From: Gammaproteobacteria bacterium
Lineage (GTDB): Bacteria > Pseudomonadota > Gammaproteobacteria > GCA-001735895
Length of the DNA: 64,000 nt
NCBI GenBank assembly: GCA_050298595.1
Contig: JBNKUM010000089.1
Location: 1 to 64,000 of the forward strand
Direction of reading: 5' to 3'
Shown here: positions 1 to 10,880 of the stretch, one piece after another
How the letters are laid out: every line of letters begins with the position of its first letter
Numbering within the stretch: the stretch's first letter is position 1
Translations under genes and position numbers: made by a program
The notes under the pieces: model-generated
What the model was told of the DNA's origin: nothing
The model's input: the letters and a program-made list of their open reading frames with translations, nothing else
The model's database searches: none

Positions 1-28
1 GCGCTTCAAAACTGAGGGTTGAGGTCAT
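1..28 (-). CDS. 5' end of a gene running off the window (MTSTLSFEA...)
   Basis: ATG at 28-26 preceded by a GGAG RBS; divergent from the oxidoreductase; too short to identify. Confidence 0.35.
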
Positions 29-451
29 GTCTGCTCCAAATAGTTATTCATTTCAGATGTGAATACTGTAAAAGAAATAGCCGACCCGATGCTGTGGCAG
101 TCAGCGTCTGCGCCACAACTTCTGATTGATTTTATCCTTGCGAGCGGCACAAAATGCTGAAGGCCGGCCCCTCAGACTCTGCGTAATCATGATTACAACA
201 TGCGATATTACAACTCTATGCTGTACATCCTGCCATAAACAGCGTTTTCTACGCTAAACACCGATAGATCAAGCACCCACGTCCTGCACGAACTAGTAGA
301 CTCTTCCCAGGCTTCAATACGAAGGAACCACAATGACCACATTCAGAGCCAAGTTCAGCACTTTTAATTGCCCTGGCACCATGACTGGTTTCGATATGGC
401 TGTTGCAGCACGACGTATTAACATTAATTTGTACTTACAGGTCCTGATAAA

Positions 452-1735
452 ATGAACGATACAAAATACAGCTCTTATTGGTCCGATAGCTCGCCCAGCT
501 TTAACGGCAGCTCGGAGGAACCGCAAGGCCACTACGACTTCGCGATTATTGGTGCGGGCTTCACCGGGCTGGGCGCAGCGCGCAAGCTGGCTCAAGGTGG
601 TGCGCGTGTCGCCGTACTGGAAGCACAAACAGTAGGTTTCGGCGCATCGGGGCGCAACGGAGGCCACCTGAACAACGGCCTGGCGCATAGTTTTGTGGAT
701 GCTTGCGCAAGATTTGGCGAGCAAACAGCGATAAGCATGTACCGAGCCTTTGATGACGGCATCGATACCATCGAGCGCATCATCAAAGAAGAACAAATCG
801 ACTGCAACTTCCGCCGCTCAGGCAAGCTCAAACTAGCCTCCAAGCCTCAGCACATGGCCGGAATAGTCAAAAATTTCACCGCTTTAAATGCCCTCGCCGA
901 TCCAGACACTGAGATATTATCGCGCGACGACCTGAAAGCCGAAGTCGGCTCCACCATGTTTCACGGTGCAATGTTGCAACGTAAGAGTGCTGTGATGCAT
1001 ATGGGCCGCTTCGTCATCGGCCTGGCACAGGCCGCCAGCCGTCACGGTGCCGCTATCTTTGAGAAAGCTCCGGTCACTGCATGCGAACCCGACGCTAAAG
1101 GCCACCGCCTCACCACCCCATTGGGTACGATTACCGCGAGTAAAGTCCTGCTGGCAACCGGGGCCTACACCACGCCAAATTTTCGCTGGTTTCGGCGACG
1201 AATCATTCCTGTTGGCAGTTTTATTGTGGCCACACGTCCGCTCACCGAGCAAGAAATCAGCGAAACACTTCCCGGTGAGCGTAATTGCGTCACGTCAAAG
1301 AACATTGGCAACTATTTTCGCCTCTCGCCCGACAGACGACTGATCTTTGGTGGACGCGCAAAATTTACAGCAAATTCCGACCATCAATCTGATGCAAAGG
1401 CCGGAAAAGTTCTGAAGGCTGCAATGACTGATATCTTCCCACATATGGCGGAAGTCGAGATCGACTATTGCTGGGGAGGCATGGTCGATATGACTCAGGA
1501 CCGCTTCCCGCGCACCGGACAGATCGATGGCCTTTATTATGCAATGGGTTACTCCGGCCACGGTGCTCAGATTTCAACCCATCTGGGTGAGATCATGGCC
1601 GATCAAATGATGGGCAAGCCACGTGAAAATCCCTGGGCGACCCTACCCTGGCACGCTATACCCGGGCATTTTGGCAAACCATGGTTTTTGCCGCTGGTGG
1701 GTGCTTACTACAGCATGTTAGACAAGATTAAATAA
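452..1735 (+). CDS. FAD-dependent oxidoreductase, DAO/PuuB (gamma-glutamylputrescine oxidase-like) family
   Basis: GAGFTG Rossmann motif, GASGRNGG, C-terminal GYSGHG. Confidence 0.85.
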   Translation: MNDTKYSSYWSDSSPSFNGSSEEPQGHYDFAIIGAGFTGLGAARKLAQGGARVAVLEAQTVGFGASGRNGGHLNNGLAHSFVDACARFGEQTAISMYRAFDDGIDTIERIIKEEQIDCNFRRSGKLKLASKPQHMAGIVKNFTALNALADPDTEILSRDDLKAEVGSTMFHGAMLQRKSAVMHMGRFVIGLAQAASRHGAAIFEKAPVTACEPDAKGHRLTTPLGTITASKVLLATGAYTTPNFRWFRRRIIPVGSFIVATRPLTEQEISETLPGERNCVTSKNIGNYFRLSPDRRLIFGGRAKFTANSDHQSDAKAGKVLKAAMTDIFPHMAEVEIDYCWGGMVDMTQDRFPRTGQIDGLYYAMGYSGHGAQISTHLGEIMADQMMGKPRENPWATLPWHAIPGHFGKPWFLPLVGAYYSMLDKIK

Positions 1736-1783
1736 ATACTTTTTAAAGGATTTTGCCTGTCGAAATCCTTAGGGCCTGGGAAA

Positions 1784-1958
1784 AATGGCACTTACTTTAA
1801 GGGAAAAATGTCATCGCGAGCGTCAGCGTGGCGATCTCAAACCTTGTCGTAGCCACACTGACGAAGAGATTAGATCCATTGCTTCCGTAAACGCTACGTC
1901 CGTGTAGCACTCCTGCCACGTCGCAATGACGCAGTATCAGCCTTAAGTAAGTGCCATT
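1784..1958. repeat. MITE-like palindromic element
   Basis: Terminal inverted repeats AATGGCACTTACT(T)TAAGG / CCTTAAGTAAGTGCCATT enclosing an inner IR GTCATCGCGA...TCGCAATGAC; a partial inverted copy lies at 11310-11397. Confidence 0.7.
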
Positions 1959-1974
1959 ATGGTCAAACAGCTGT

Positions 1975-4188
1975 TTAATTCAGTTTAATTTTGCGTAAGC
2001 GCAGCGCATTAGTAACCACGGTTACCGAACTTAGACTCATTGCGCTGGCCGCTATGATCGGGCTGAGTAAAATGCCCCAAACAGGAAACAGTGCACCAGC
2101 TGCAACTGGAATACCAAAAATATTGTAAATAAAGGCACCGAACAGGTTTTGTTTAATATTGCCCAGTGTGGCTCTGGACAATGCAATGGCATCGGCCACG
2201 CCGTTAATCGAATTACGCATCAATGCGATGTCAGCCGATTCGATCGCGACATCGGTTCCACTACCGATGGCAATTCCGACATTCGACTGTGCCAGGGCTG
2301 GCGCATCGTTAATACCATCGCCAACCATCGCAACTCGGTGGCCTAGCTGTTGTAGCTCGATTATCTTACTCGCCTTGTCGCCAGGTAGAACTTCGGCAAT
2401 CACTTGATCGATGCCAACCGATTTGGCAATAGCCTGAGCCGTATTGGCATTGTCACCAGTGAGCATGATGACCTTCAGTCCAATATCGTGCAAACGTTTG
2501 ATAGCAGCAGCAGAATCCTCACGTGCGGGATCGGTGATGCCCAAAAGCGCTACCAGTTGTTGATCAACTGAAAGGTACACTGGCGTCGCTCCAGCATCGG
2601 CCAGCTCTTTTGCCTGCTTGCTAATTGAAGATGTATCGATATTGTTTTGCATCATCAAGCGCTGATTGCCGAGACGCAGTTTTCTGTTGTCCAGATGCGC
2701 TTCCACACCAAACCCTGACAATGCACTAAAGTCACTTACCTGGAGAACTTCTACGCCACGCTCTGCAACCGCCTTTAAAATCGCTGCCGCCAATGGATGC
2801 TCGGAGCCCGCTTCGAGGCTAGCGGCATACTGTAAAGCGGTGGCTTCATCGAAATCATTAACCGGATAAATCGCGGTCAGCTGCGGCTTGCCTTCGGTAA
2901 TCGTGCCAGTTTTGTCGAGCACGATAGTATCGAGCTGACTGGCGCTTTGCAGCGCCTCACCATTACGGATTAAAACACCAAGTTCAGCAGCACGACCGAC
3001 GCCGACCATAATCGAAATCGGGGTTGCCAAACCTAGCGCGCAGGGACAGGCGATGACCAGGACTGTCATCGCCGATACGATGGCATAGGTCAGTCGGGGC
3101 TCTGGCCCGATTAAATACCAGATAGCCAGGCTGACTAGTGCAATCAGCACGACGACAGGTACGAATATAGACGCGACCTTGTCAACTAAGCGCCCGATCT
3201 GCGGTTTACTCGACTGCGCCTTACGCACCATGTCGATAATGTGGGCGAGTGCGGTATCTTCACCGATGCCGGTGGCGCGCATCAGAAAACTGCCCTGTGT
3301 GTTTAAGGTGCCCCCGACAACCTTGTCATTAATCGTTTTCGCTACTGGCATAGATTCGCCGGTAAGCATCGATTCGTCGACGTGTGACTTACCTTCAAAC
3401 ACCACGCCATCCACCGGGATTCGTTCACCGGGTCGAATGCGAATAGTTTCTTCCAGGCCGATATCGGCAACGGGAATTTCCAGCTCTGCACCGTTACGAA
3501 TGATTCTTGCAGTCGATGGTTGCAGACCGATCAAATGTTTGATCGCGGAAGATGTTTTGCCGCGCGCCCTGCTTTCCAGTGCCGAACCCAGCGAGACCAG
3601 CGCAACAATAATGACTGCTGCTTCGAAATAAACATGTCTAGCCTGTTCGGGCAGGCTATCTGGGAACAGCACCACAAAAGTAGAATACACCCATGCAGTT
3701 CCGGTACCCAGAGAGACCAGCGTATCCATATTGCCCCTACCCGATTTCAGCGCCATCCACGCGCCTCGGAAGAAATGCCCGCCAACCAGAGTCAGAACCA
3801 GCAGGGTGACCAAACTAATGACTAACCAGGTTAGCTGGCTTTCTTTAATTGCAGGTAACAAGCCCCTCATGCCGAGGATGAATAGCGCCAGGCCGATGCC
3901 ACCTGCAGCGATGGCGCGATTCCACAGACGCTGGTATTCGAGTTGTTCGAGCTTTTCCTTTTCCGTTTCATCGGCCAGACTTTTTAACTCGGCAGCTCCA
4001 TAGCCGGCTTTGGTAATTGCCGCGATCAATACATCAGCCGCAACCCCTCCGCTAATCATTGCAGTACGCTCACCAAGATTCACGACCGCGTCATCGACAC
4101 CCTCGATCGCTCTGATACTTTTTTCCACCGATGCTACACAGCCGGCGCATGACATCCCTGCAATAGATAATCGGATCTGCTTGCCCAT
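1975..4188 (-). CDS. copA: Cu(I)-translocating P1B-type ATPase
   Basis: GMSCAGC HMA domain, [29 protein letters not shown] and MSLSS transmembrane motifs. Confidence 0.93.
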   Translation of the reverse strand: MGKQIRLSIAGMSCAGCVASVEKSIRAIEGVDDAVVNLGERTAMISGGVAADVLIAAITKAGYGAAELKSLADETEKEKLEQLEYQRLWNRAIAAGGIGLALFILGMRGLLPAIKESQLTWLVISLVTLLVLTLVGGHFFRGAWMALKSGRGNMDTLVSLGTGTAWVYSTFVVLFPDSLPEQARHVYFEAAVIIVALVSLGSALESRARGKTSSAIKHLIGLQPSTARIIRNGAELEIPVADIGLEETIRIRPGERIPVDGVVFEGKSHVDESMLTGESMPVAKTINDKVVGGTLNTQGSFLMRATGIGEDTALAHIIDMVRKAQSSKPQIGRLVDKVASIFVPVVVLIALVSLAIWYLIGPEPRLTYAIVSAMTVLVIACPCALGLATPISIMVGVGRAAELGVLIRNGEALQSASQLDTIVLDKTGTITEGKPQLTAIYPVNDFDEATALQYAASLEAGSEHPLAAAILKAVAERGVEVLQVSDFSALSGFGVEAHLDNRKLRLGNQRLMMQNNIDTSSISKQAKELADAGATPVYLSVDQQLVALLGITDPAREDSAAAIKRLHDIGLKVIMLTGDNANTAQAIAKSVGIDQVIAEVLPGDKASKIIELQQLGHRVAMVGDGINDAPALAQSNVGIAIGSGTDVAIESADIALMRNSINGVADAIALSRATLGNIKQNLFGAFIYNIFGIPVAAGALFPVWGILLSPIIAASAMSLSSVTVVTNALRLRKIKLN

Positions 4189-4194
4189 AAAGGT

Positions 4195-4407
4195 CTAGCC
4201 GCCAAGTTCGCTGGCGGCATAACCCGCGTCGGTGATAGCGCTGATCAGCGTATTGGCCGCAACACTCCCATTCACCGTCACAGAGCCTTCATCAAGACTG
4301 ACCACAGCGTCTTCGACACCCTCTATAGCCGCGATGCATTTTTCTACCTTAGCGACACAATGACCGCAGGACATACCAGTAACTGACAATTTAATTTGAT
4401 TGCTCAT
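4195..4407 (-). CDS. copZ: Copper chaperone (HMA domain)
   Basis: GMSCGHC motif; probable start MSNQ at 4407. Confidence 0.85.
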   Translation of the reverse strand: MSNQIKLSVTGMSCGHCVAKVEKCIAAIEGVEDAVVSLDEGSVTVNGSVAANTLISAITDAGYAASELGG

Positions 4408-4412
4408 GCTAT

Positions 4413-4826
4413 TTATACCTCTTCTTGAATGGATTCGATAAGATGACACACACTGTGGCCGTTAGGGATACCGTCGGGCATATCCTTCCACTGCTCCAGA
4501 GCGGATTCCATGCGTGTTTGAAGTTTCATCATTTCTTCAATCTTCTGCCGGTTTTCAACAATCCGGGCCTGGATGATTTTGCGCACTTCCTGGCAGGGAG
4601 ATTCCTTCATGTCCGCATGCTGGATAATTTCCTTTATTTCATTCAGGGTAAATCCCAGCTGCTTGGCGAGCCTGATAAAATGCAGGCGATTGACATCGTC
4701 CTGGGTGAACAGCCGATAGCCGTTCTCCTTCTGACGTTCAGGATGAATGAGCCCGAGGCGTGTGTAATAACGCACCACATGGGCTTGAACCTGGCCTTGT
4801 TTGGCTAACTCGTTGACTGTAAGCAT
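4413..4826 (-). CDS. MerR-family metal-responsive regulator
   Basis: MerR HTH (VRYY..GL, NGYRLF, LGFTLNEI); first gene of the cop operon. Confidence 0.9.
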   Translation of the reverse strand: MLTVNELAKQGQVQAHVVRYYTRLGLIHPERQKENGYRLFTQDDVNRLHFIRLAKQLGFTLNEIKEIIQHADMKESPCQEVRKIIQARIVENRQKIEEMMKLQTRMESALEQWKDMPDGIPNGHSVCHLIESIQEEV

Positions 4827-4869
4827 TGATCACCCGTTAACTTTGGTCTGGAATGATAGTCTAAGCCAA

Positions 4870-4901
4870 ATTCTACAACCTGTATGTAACATACAGGTCA
4901 A
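4870..4901 (-). promoter_or_regulatory. MerR-type promoter/operator
   Basis: -35 TTGACC, 20-bp spacer, -10 TAGAAT; perfect dyad ACCTGTATGT-A-ACATACAGGT (4878-4898). Confidence 0.85.
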
Positions 4902-4924
4902 GCCTTAATAGCAATTACTTAAAC

Positions 4925-4957
4925 AAAAAAAGCAGAAACTGTGATTTCTGCTTTTTG
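4925..4957. terminator. Intrinsic terminator downstream of gabD
   Basis: AAAAAGCAGAAA-ctgtga-TTTCTGCTTTTT hairpin. Confidence 0.7.
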
Positions 4958-5023
4958 TGGCACATCCCTGTGCTGCGGAACCATTAGTAATCAGTGGTTC
5001 CTTGAGCCCTGTTAGGGCCTGCT

Positions 5024-6508
5024 CTAAATTCCAGCCATGTGAAAGGCTTTGATTTCCAGGTACTCTTCAATACCGACGCTCGCACCTTCCCGGCCCAGAC
5101 CCGACTGTTTTACGCCACCAAAAGGGGTCTCGGCCATGGACATGCTTCCCGTATTCAAACCAACCAGGCCAGCCTCAAGCGCCTGACCTACACGCCAGGC
5201 GCGGCCGTGGTTTTCAGTGTAGAAGTACGCAGCAAGGCCATAAGGCGTGCCATTTGCCAACTCGATAGCCTCTTCTTCTGTTTCAAAACGGAACAGCGGT
5301 GCCACGGGACCAAAGGTTTCTTCGTTTGAGAGCAACATATCTGCTGTGATATCTGTCAGTACAACAGGTGCCGCGAACTGCGAACCCTCTGGAGTAGATG
5401 CCTGAGCTTCAACTTTAGCCCCTTTTTCCAGGGCATCTTCAATGTGGCGGCTAATCTTATCTGTAGCGGCCAGATTGATCATCGGTCCGATATCCACACC
5501 ATCATCCATGCCAGGCCCCACCTTCATCGCGCTAACCGCTTCCGACAGTTTGGCCGCGAAAGCGTCATAAATACCTGACTGAACAAAGATACGGTTGGCA
5601 CAGATGCAGGTTTGTCCACCATTGCGGAATTTAGATGCGATAGCACCCTCAACTGCAGCATCGAGGTCCGCATCATCAAACACGATGAATGGTGCATTGC
5701 CGCCGAGCTCCAGGCTGAGACGTTTAACGGTTGGTGCGCACTGCGCCATCAGCAATGAACCTACCAGAGTCGAACCGGTAAAAGACAGCTTGCGTACGAT
5801 GGGGCTGGAAGTCAGCGCTGCACCGATTTCTTTTGGCATACCAGTCAACACGTTGACCACGCCAGCCGGAATACCTGCACGTAGCGCCAGCTCACCCAAA
5901 GCCAGACCAGAATACGGTGTGAATTCAGAGGGTTTGATTACCACCGTGCAACCAGCAGCCAGTGCGGGAGCAACCTTTCGGGTAATCAGCGCAACCGGGA
6001 AATTCCACGGGGTGATAATGGCGCAGACACCAACGGGGTCCTTCATGACCACGATTTGTCGGTCACCAGCGGGGCCAGCAATGAGGTGACCTTCGATGCG
6101 TCTCGCCTCTTCAGCAAACCATTTCACGAAAGAGGCGGCATAATTAATCTCACCGCGAGCCTCTGTCAGGGGCTTACCCTGCTCTGCGGTCAGGATCAAT
6201 GCCAGATCTTCAGCATTTTCCAGCATCAGATCGTGCCAACGCATCAGCAACCTGGAACGCTCCGATGCGGGCGTTTTACGCCAAAGAGCAAAGGCACGAT
6301 CCGCAACATCAATCGCTTGCTCGGTCTGCTCACCACTAATATCAGGAACGTAACCAAGCGTGGTTTGAGTGGCTGGTTCGCTGACACTAACCTGATCATC
6401 GGTAGCATTGACCCACTTACCGTCAATCAGCGCCGACTGGCGGAACAGAGTGGGGTCATTCAAGCGACTCAGTGCGGGGTGTAATGGGGGGGTGATTTGT
6501 TCGTTCAT
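5024..6508 (-). CDS. gabD: NAD(P)-dependent succinate-semialdehyde dehydrogenase
   Basis: ITPWNFP, FTGST, LELGGNAP, KFRNGGQTCIC, EETFGP, PFGGVKQSG. Confidence 0.88.
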   Translation of the reverse strand: MNEQITPPLHPALSRLNDPTLFRQSALIDGKWVNATDDQVSVSEPATQTTLGYVPDISGEQTEQAIDVADRAFALWRKTPASERSRLLMRWHDLMLENAEDLALILTAEQGKPLTEARGEINYAASFVKWFAEEARRIEGHLIAGPAGDRQIVVMKDPVGVCAIITPWNFPVALITRKVAPALAAGCTVVIKPSEFTPYSGLALGELALRAGIPAGVVNVLTGMPKEIGAALTSSPIVRKLSFTGSTLVGSLLMAQCAPTVKRLSLELGGNAPFIVFDDADLDAAVEGAIASKFRNGGQTCICANRIFVQSGIYDAFAAKLSEAVSAMKVGPGMDDGVDIGPMINLAATDKISRHIEDALEKGAKVEAQASTPEGSQFAAPVVLTDITADMLLSNEETFGPVAPLFRFETEEEAIELANGTPYGLAAYFYTENHGRAWRVGQALEAGLVGLNTGSMSMAETPFGGVKQSGLGREGASVGIEEYLEIKAFHMAGI

Positions 6509-7542
6509 TTCAAGTTCTCCAGTATTGTTTGAGTTATCTCTTCTGTGCTCTGCGCACCCGGCACACAGCCGATGCCACTGGCGGTAGTCGCCTCAAGCGC
6601 AGTCATCACGCGTTTTGCCGCCTCTGTTTCACCCAGATGCTCAAACATCATGGCGAGGGACCAGATGGTTGCTATCGGGTTAGCCACAGCCAGATCGACG
6701 ATATCGGGAGCCGAGCCATGCACCGGCTCGAACATAGAGGGTCCGTTGCGAGTGGGATCGATATTGGCCGATGCCGCAAAGCCAAGTCCGCCCTGAATGG
6801 CAGCACCCAGATCAGTCAGGATGTCGCCAAAAAGGTTGGAGGCGACGATGACATCCAGTGTTTCAGGTGCCATGACCATGCGCGCGCAGATCGCATCCAC
6901 ATGATATGAAGTCACCTCTACGTCGGGATATTCGGCGGCCAGTTCCTGCGTCACCTCATCCCAAAAAACCATAGAATACTGCTGTGCATTTGATTTAGTG
7001 ACCGAGGCCAGCCGGCCAGAGCGCTGGCGGGCCTGCTCAAATCCAAATCGTAGAATTCGCTCGACACTGGTACGTGTAAATATGGCTGTTTCAACCGCCA
7101 CTTCATCAGCAGTGCCACGATGCACACGCCCCCCCGCGCCCGAATATTCACCCTCGGTATTTTCACGGATACACAAGATATCGAAATCCGATTTGCGCAA
7201 CGGACCTTCGACACCAGGCAGCAAACGGTGGGGACGGATGTTGGCATATTGAACAAAGGCCTTACGAATTGGCAGCAGCAAACCGTGTAATGACACGGAA
7301 TCAGGCACTTTGGCGGGCCAGCCGACAGCTCCCAACAGGATCGCATCGAAACCACGCAGAGTTTCGATTCCGTTTTCCGGCATCATTCGACCGGTATCAA
7401 GGTAATAGTCGCAAGACCACGGTAGCACTGTGGCTTTAAATTTGCCGCCAGGAAGCACAGCAGCTGCCACCGCCAGAGCCGATTGGGTGACTTGAACACC
7501 AATACCGTCACCAGGAATTACTGCAATTTTATGGGTTGTCAT
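6505..7542 (-). CDS. Tartrate/D-malate dehydrogenase (isocitrate/isopropylmalate DH family)
   Basis: IPGDGIG, RENTEGEY, TKSN, NLFGDILTD, FEPVHGSAPDI. Confidence 0.85.
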   Translation of the reverse strand: MTTHKIAVIPGDGIGVQVTQSALAVAAAVLPGGKFKATVLPWSCDYYLDTGRMMPENGIETLRGFDAILLGAVGWPAKVPDSVSLHGLLLPIRKAFVQYANIRPHRLLPGVEGPLRKSDFDILCIRENTEGEYSGAGGRVHRGTADEVAVETAIFTRTSVERILRFGFEQARQRSGRLASVTKSNAQQYSMVFWDEVTQELAAEYPDVEVTSYHVDAICARMVMAPETLDVIVASNLFGDILTDLGAAIQGGLGFAASANIDPTRNGPSMFEPVHGSAPDIVDLAVANPIATIWSLAMMFEHLGETEAAKRVMTALEATTASGIGCVPGAQSTEEITQTILENLK

Positions 7543-7590
7543 GTTGCCCTCAAAAATCGATTAGTTATTGTTAACAGACCCTGTAAACAA

Positions 7591-7726
7591 TACCCTCAGA
7601 CAGGCAGCAGATCGGATGGAAATCACAGGCCACACAGTGTAATCATTTGTTTAGCAGGGCTATCTCAAAATTAACTGTTGTTGCCGGGCAAACCCTAAGC
7701 GGGAGCGTTAAAAAATGCGGGCCATG
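7591..7726 (-). promoter_or_regulatory. 136-bp conserved upstream element, copy 1
   Basis: Ungapped match (about 110/136 by hand) to 10881-11016; both copies lie just upstream of minus-strand catabolic genes. Confidence 0.75.
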
Positions 7727-7754
7727 GCTTCCGCTTTCGACCCATGCAAGTTGT

Positions 7755-9272
7755 TTAAGATTTGAATCCCGTGTAATCAATGCCTGACAACTCAGATATG
7801 TTTTTATGCCAGCTACCAATATCCTGGCTATTGAACTGATTGAGATGGTTATGACCACAGGCTCTGGCCATCACTTTCATCAACTCTACTGAGCTATTAA
7901 AAAACCGACTCAAACGTTCGGCAGACTGGTCAATATCGAGTTTCTGGCGTAGTTCCGGCTTTTGTGTCGCAATCCCGACTGGGCAATTGTTGCTGTTGCA
8001 TATACGCGCAGCGACACATCCAATCGCCTGCAACGCAGAGGTTGACAGCGCGATGCCATCCGCACCCATCGCCATTGCCTTGATAAAATCTTCTGCAACA
8101 CGTATCCCACCGGTGATGATCAGGGTAACGCCCTGTTTACCCTGTTGATCCAGATGTTTGCGCGCACGCGCCAGCGCCGGGATTGTGGGCACCGAGATGT
8201 GATCACGAAACAGGCTGGGCGCAGCGCCTGTGCCGCCACCACGGCCATCGAGGATAATGTAGTCTACGCCCGCTGCCAGCGCGAAATCGATATCTGCCTC
8301 GATATGGTTCGCGGACATTTTAAAACCGATGGGAATCCCACCGGAAATTTCACGCACCCGATCTGAGAACCTTTTGTAATCTTTCACTGTGGCAAGATCA
8401 GCAAAGGTCGGTGGCGAAATCGCATCCTGCCCTTTTTGCAGGCCACGCACTGCGGCGATTTTCTCGGTGACCTTGACGCCGGGTAAGTGTCCACCGGTAC
8501 CAGTCTTGGCACCCTGCCCCCCTTTAAAATGGAATGCCTGCACCCGAGTGAGTTGCTCTTCACTGTAACCGAACATGGCAGATGCCAGTCCATAAAAATA
8601 GCGGCTATTGGCCTGCTGCTCTTCCGGCAAAATGCCGCCTTCGCCAGAACAAATACCGGTACCAGACAATTCAGCACCGCGAGCCATGGCGATCTTTGCT
8701 TCTTCTGATAATGAACCAAAACTCATGTCGGAAACAAACAGGGGAATATCCAGAACCAGCGGCTTTTTGGCATTCGGACCTATAACCAGTTCGCTACCCA
8801 CTTCGACATTTTCCATCAATGGCTTGCGAGCAAACTGGGCCGGCAGAATCTGGATATCATTCCATTGCGGTAATTCTTTAAGCGGTACACCCATTGCCGT
8901 CATTTCGCCGTGATGCCCGGTTTGCTCCAGACCATGCTCCGCCATGTGGTGTATACGTGCAAGCGTGGGCTCGATCGGATCGGCCTGCGCCGGTGCAGCG
9001 GTATCGTTACTTTCTTCAGTTTGCTCCGGTAGCCTGGCATGGCTGCCATCGCAGAACGGAGGGTTTTTCGTATGCTTACACATGCACAATAAAGCTTCAC
9101 CAGTTTCGCTGGCCTTAAAAGGCTTATAGGTAAGTTCAGTACCAGCACTGCGATGAGTGCCATCACAAAATGGCCCGGTTTTGGAATGCCCACAGCTGCA
9201 CCAGTAATACTGTTCACCCTGTTTTAGTTCCACAGCCATCGGTTGCTTATCAGCAATAACAGGTTTACTCAT
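7755..9272 (-). CDS. Tandem CDGSH [2Fe-2S] domain + FMN-binding glutamate synthase family protein
   Basis: CSCG..FCDGTH and CMCK..FCDGSH; MSFGSLS, GEGG, GQGAK, CxxxxxCxxxxCP. Confidence 0.85.
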   Translation of the reverse strand: MSKPVIADKQPMAVELKQGEQYYWCSCGHSKTGPFCDGTHRSAGTELTYKPFKASETGEALLCMCKHTKNPPFCDGSHARLPEQTEESNDTAAPAQADPIEPTLARIHHMAEHGLEQTGHHGEMTAMGVPLKELPQWNDIQILPAQFARKPLMENVEVGSELVIGPNAKKPLVLDIPLFVSDMSFGSLSEEAKIAMARGAELSGTGICSGEGGILPEEQQANSRYFYGLASAMFGYSEEQLTRVQAFHFKGGQGAKTGTGGHLPGVKVTEKIAAVRGLQKGQDAISPPTFADLATVKDYKRFSDRVREISGGIPIGFKMSANHIEADIDFALAAGVDYIILDGRGGGTGAAPSLFRDHISVPTIPALARARKHLDQQGKQGVTLIITGGIRVAEDFIKAMAMGADGIALSTSALQAIGCVAARICNSNNCPVGIATQKPELRQKLDIDQSAERLSRFFNSSVELMKVMARACGHNHLNQFNSQDIGSWHKNISELSGIDYTGFKS

Positions 9273-9380
9273 TATTTTTATCCTCTTTCAACAAACGCCT
9301 TACGCTTTGGCTGCGGCAAACCGTGTAATGACACTGAAGAATCAAACGCTACTGCAACCTTATGCGTTGTCATGACGCCC

Positions 9381-10844
9381 TTAAAGATCGATTAGAACGC
9401 TCTTAGAACGACGGTTGGCGTGGTAGGCTTCACGCCCAAGGTCCTTACCGATACCGGAAGATTTATAACCACCGGTTGGCAAAATGTGATCGCGCGAGCG
9501 ACCGTAACGGTTGACCCAAACGGTACCCGCTTCAAGCGCTTTAACCACTCGCATCGCACGCGACAGATCGCGGGTATAGACGCCTGCCGCCAAACCATAG
9601 GTTTCATGGGCTGCCAGTTGCAGCGCCTCCTCTTCGCTGTGAAAGGTCTGCACCGTCAACACTGGACCAAAAATCTCTTCGATCACAGCCGGTGACTTAT
9701 CGCTTACATCGGTGAGGATGGTGGGCGAATAAAAGCAGCCAGGAAGGTCTAGCCTCTTTCCACCGCAAAGTGCGGTAGCCCCGGCTTCAATCGACGCCTG
9801 AACAAGACTATCGATTCGCTCCAGTTGTTTTTCAGAAATAACCGGACTGTAGGTAGTGGCGCCATCCCAGGTTGGACCCGGATTAATATTACTCAATAAG
9901 GCTTGCACTCGAGTTACCAGCGCTTCAGCCAACTCGACCGCCACAATCAAACGACTGCCCGCCACACAGGCCTGCCCTGAATTGGCAAGAACGCTGGTGG
10001 CAATGGCTTGTGCAGTCTTGTCCAGATCAGCATCCTCGAAAACAATCTGCGGGCTTTTGCCGCCCAGCTCCAGGGTCATTGGCTTTACGCCGGTACGGGC
10101 AATATTGCTCATGATTGCCTGCCCTGCAGCGGTCGACCCTGTAAAGGACACCTTTGCAATCTCCGGATGGCCTGTCAGCGCATTACCGGTTGTCGCCCCA
10201 TCGCCTTGCACAATATTGATTAGCCCCCTGGGGATACCCGCCTTAAGCGCGAGCTCGGCCATGCGCAGCACAGAAAACGGCGTCATCTCGGACGGTTTCA
10301 AGACTACCGCATTACCCGCAGCCAAAGCGGGTGCGAGCTTCCAGCCTGCCATGGAAATCGGGAAATTCCAGGGCGTAATGGCGCCAACCACGCCATAGGG
10401 CTCACTCGCAACCCATCCCATTTGATCGTCGCGGGTTGGAGCCAGCAGACTGCCTTCTTTGTCGGCCATTTCTGCAAAGAATCGAATTTGTTCGGCGGTC
10501 ACCGCAATATCACCGTCCTTGATCTGTGCGACCGGACGGGTGGATGGCACCGACTCAAGCTGCCCGAGGTACTCGGCATCGGCCTCGATCAAATCGGCCC
10601 AGCGCTGCAAAGCACGAGTGCGGTCGCGTGGCTGACAGCCACCCCAATTGGATTCGGACAAAGCGGCTTTTGCGGTCATAACCGCCCTGTCGACCAGATC
10701 GGCATCCGCCACGGGGCAGTCCGCAAAGGCAACATTATCGGAGGGACGATGCATTGGCATTTCGCCTTGCATGGGGATAAACTCGCCGCCTATGTGATGA
10801 CCAATAGGCATCGAGATACGATCGGGGTCAAAGGAAAAAGACAT
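9381..10844 (-). CDS. Aldehyde dehydrogenase (PuuC-like)
   Basis: ITPWNFP, LELGGKSP, GQAC, EEIFGP. Confidence 0.88.
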   Translation of the reverse strand: MSFSFDPDRISMPIGHHIGGEFIPMQGEMPMHRPSDNVAFADCPVADADLVDRAVMTAKAALSESNWGGCQPRDRTRALQRWADLIEADAEYLGQLESVPSTRPVAQIKDGDIAVTAEQIRFFAEMADKEGSLLAPTRDDQMGWVASEPYGVVGAITPWNFPISMAGWKLAPALAAGNAVVLKPSEMTPFSVLRMAELALKAGIPRGLINIVQGDGATTGNALTGHPEIAKVSFTGSTAAGQAIMSNIARTGVKPMTLELGGKSPQIVFEDADLDKTAQAIATSVLANSGQACVAGSRLIVAVELAEALVTRVQALLSNINPGPTWDGATTYSPVISEKQLERIDSLVQASIEAGATALCGGKRLDLPGCFYSPTILTDVSDKSPAVIEEIFGPVLTVQTFHSEEEALQLAAHETYGLAAGVYTRDLSRAMRVVKALEAGTVWVNRYGRSRDHILPTGGYKSSGIGKDLGREAYHANRRSKSVLIDL

Positions 10845-10880
10845 ACCTGCTCCAGCAAACTATATAGATGCAGTAAAAGA

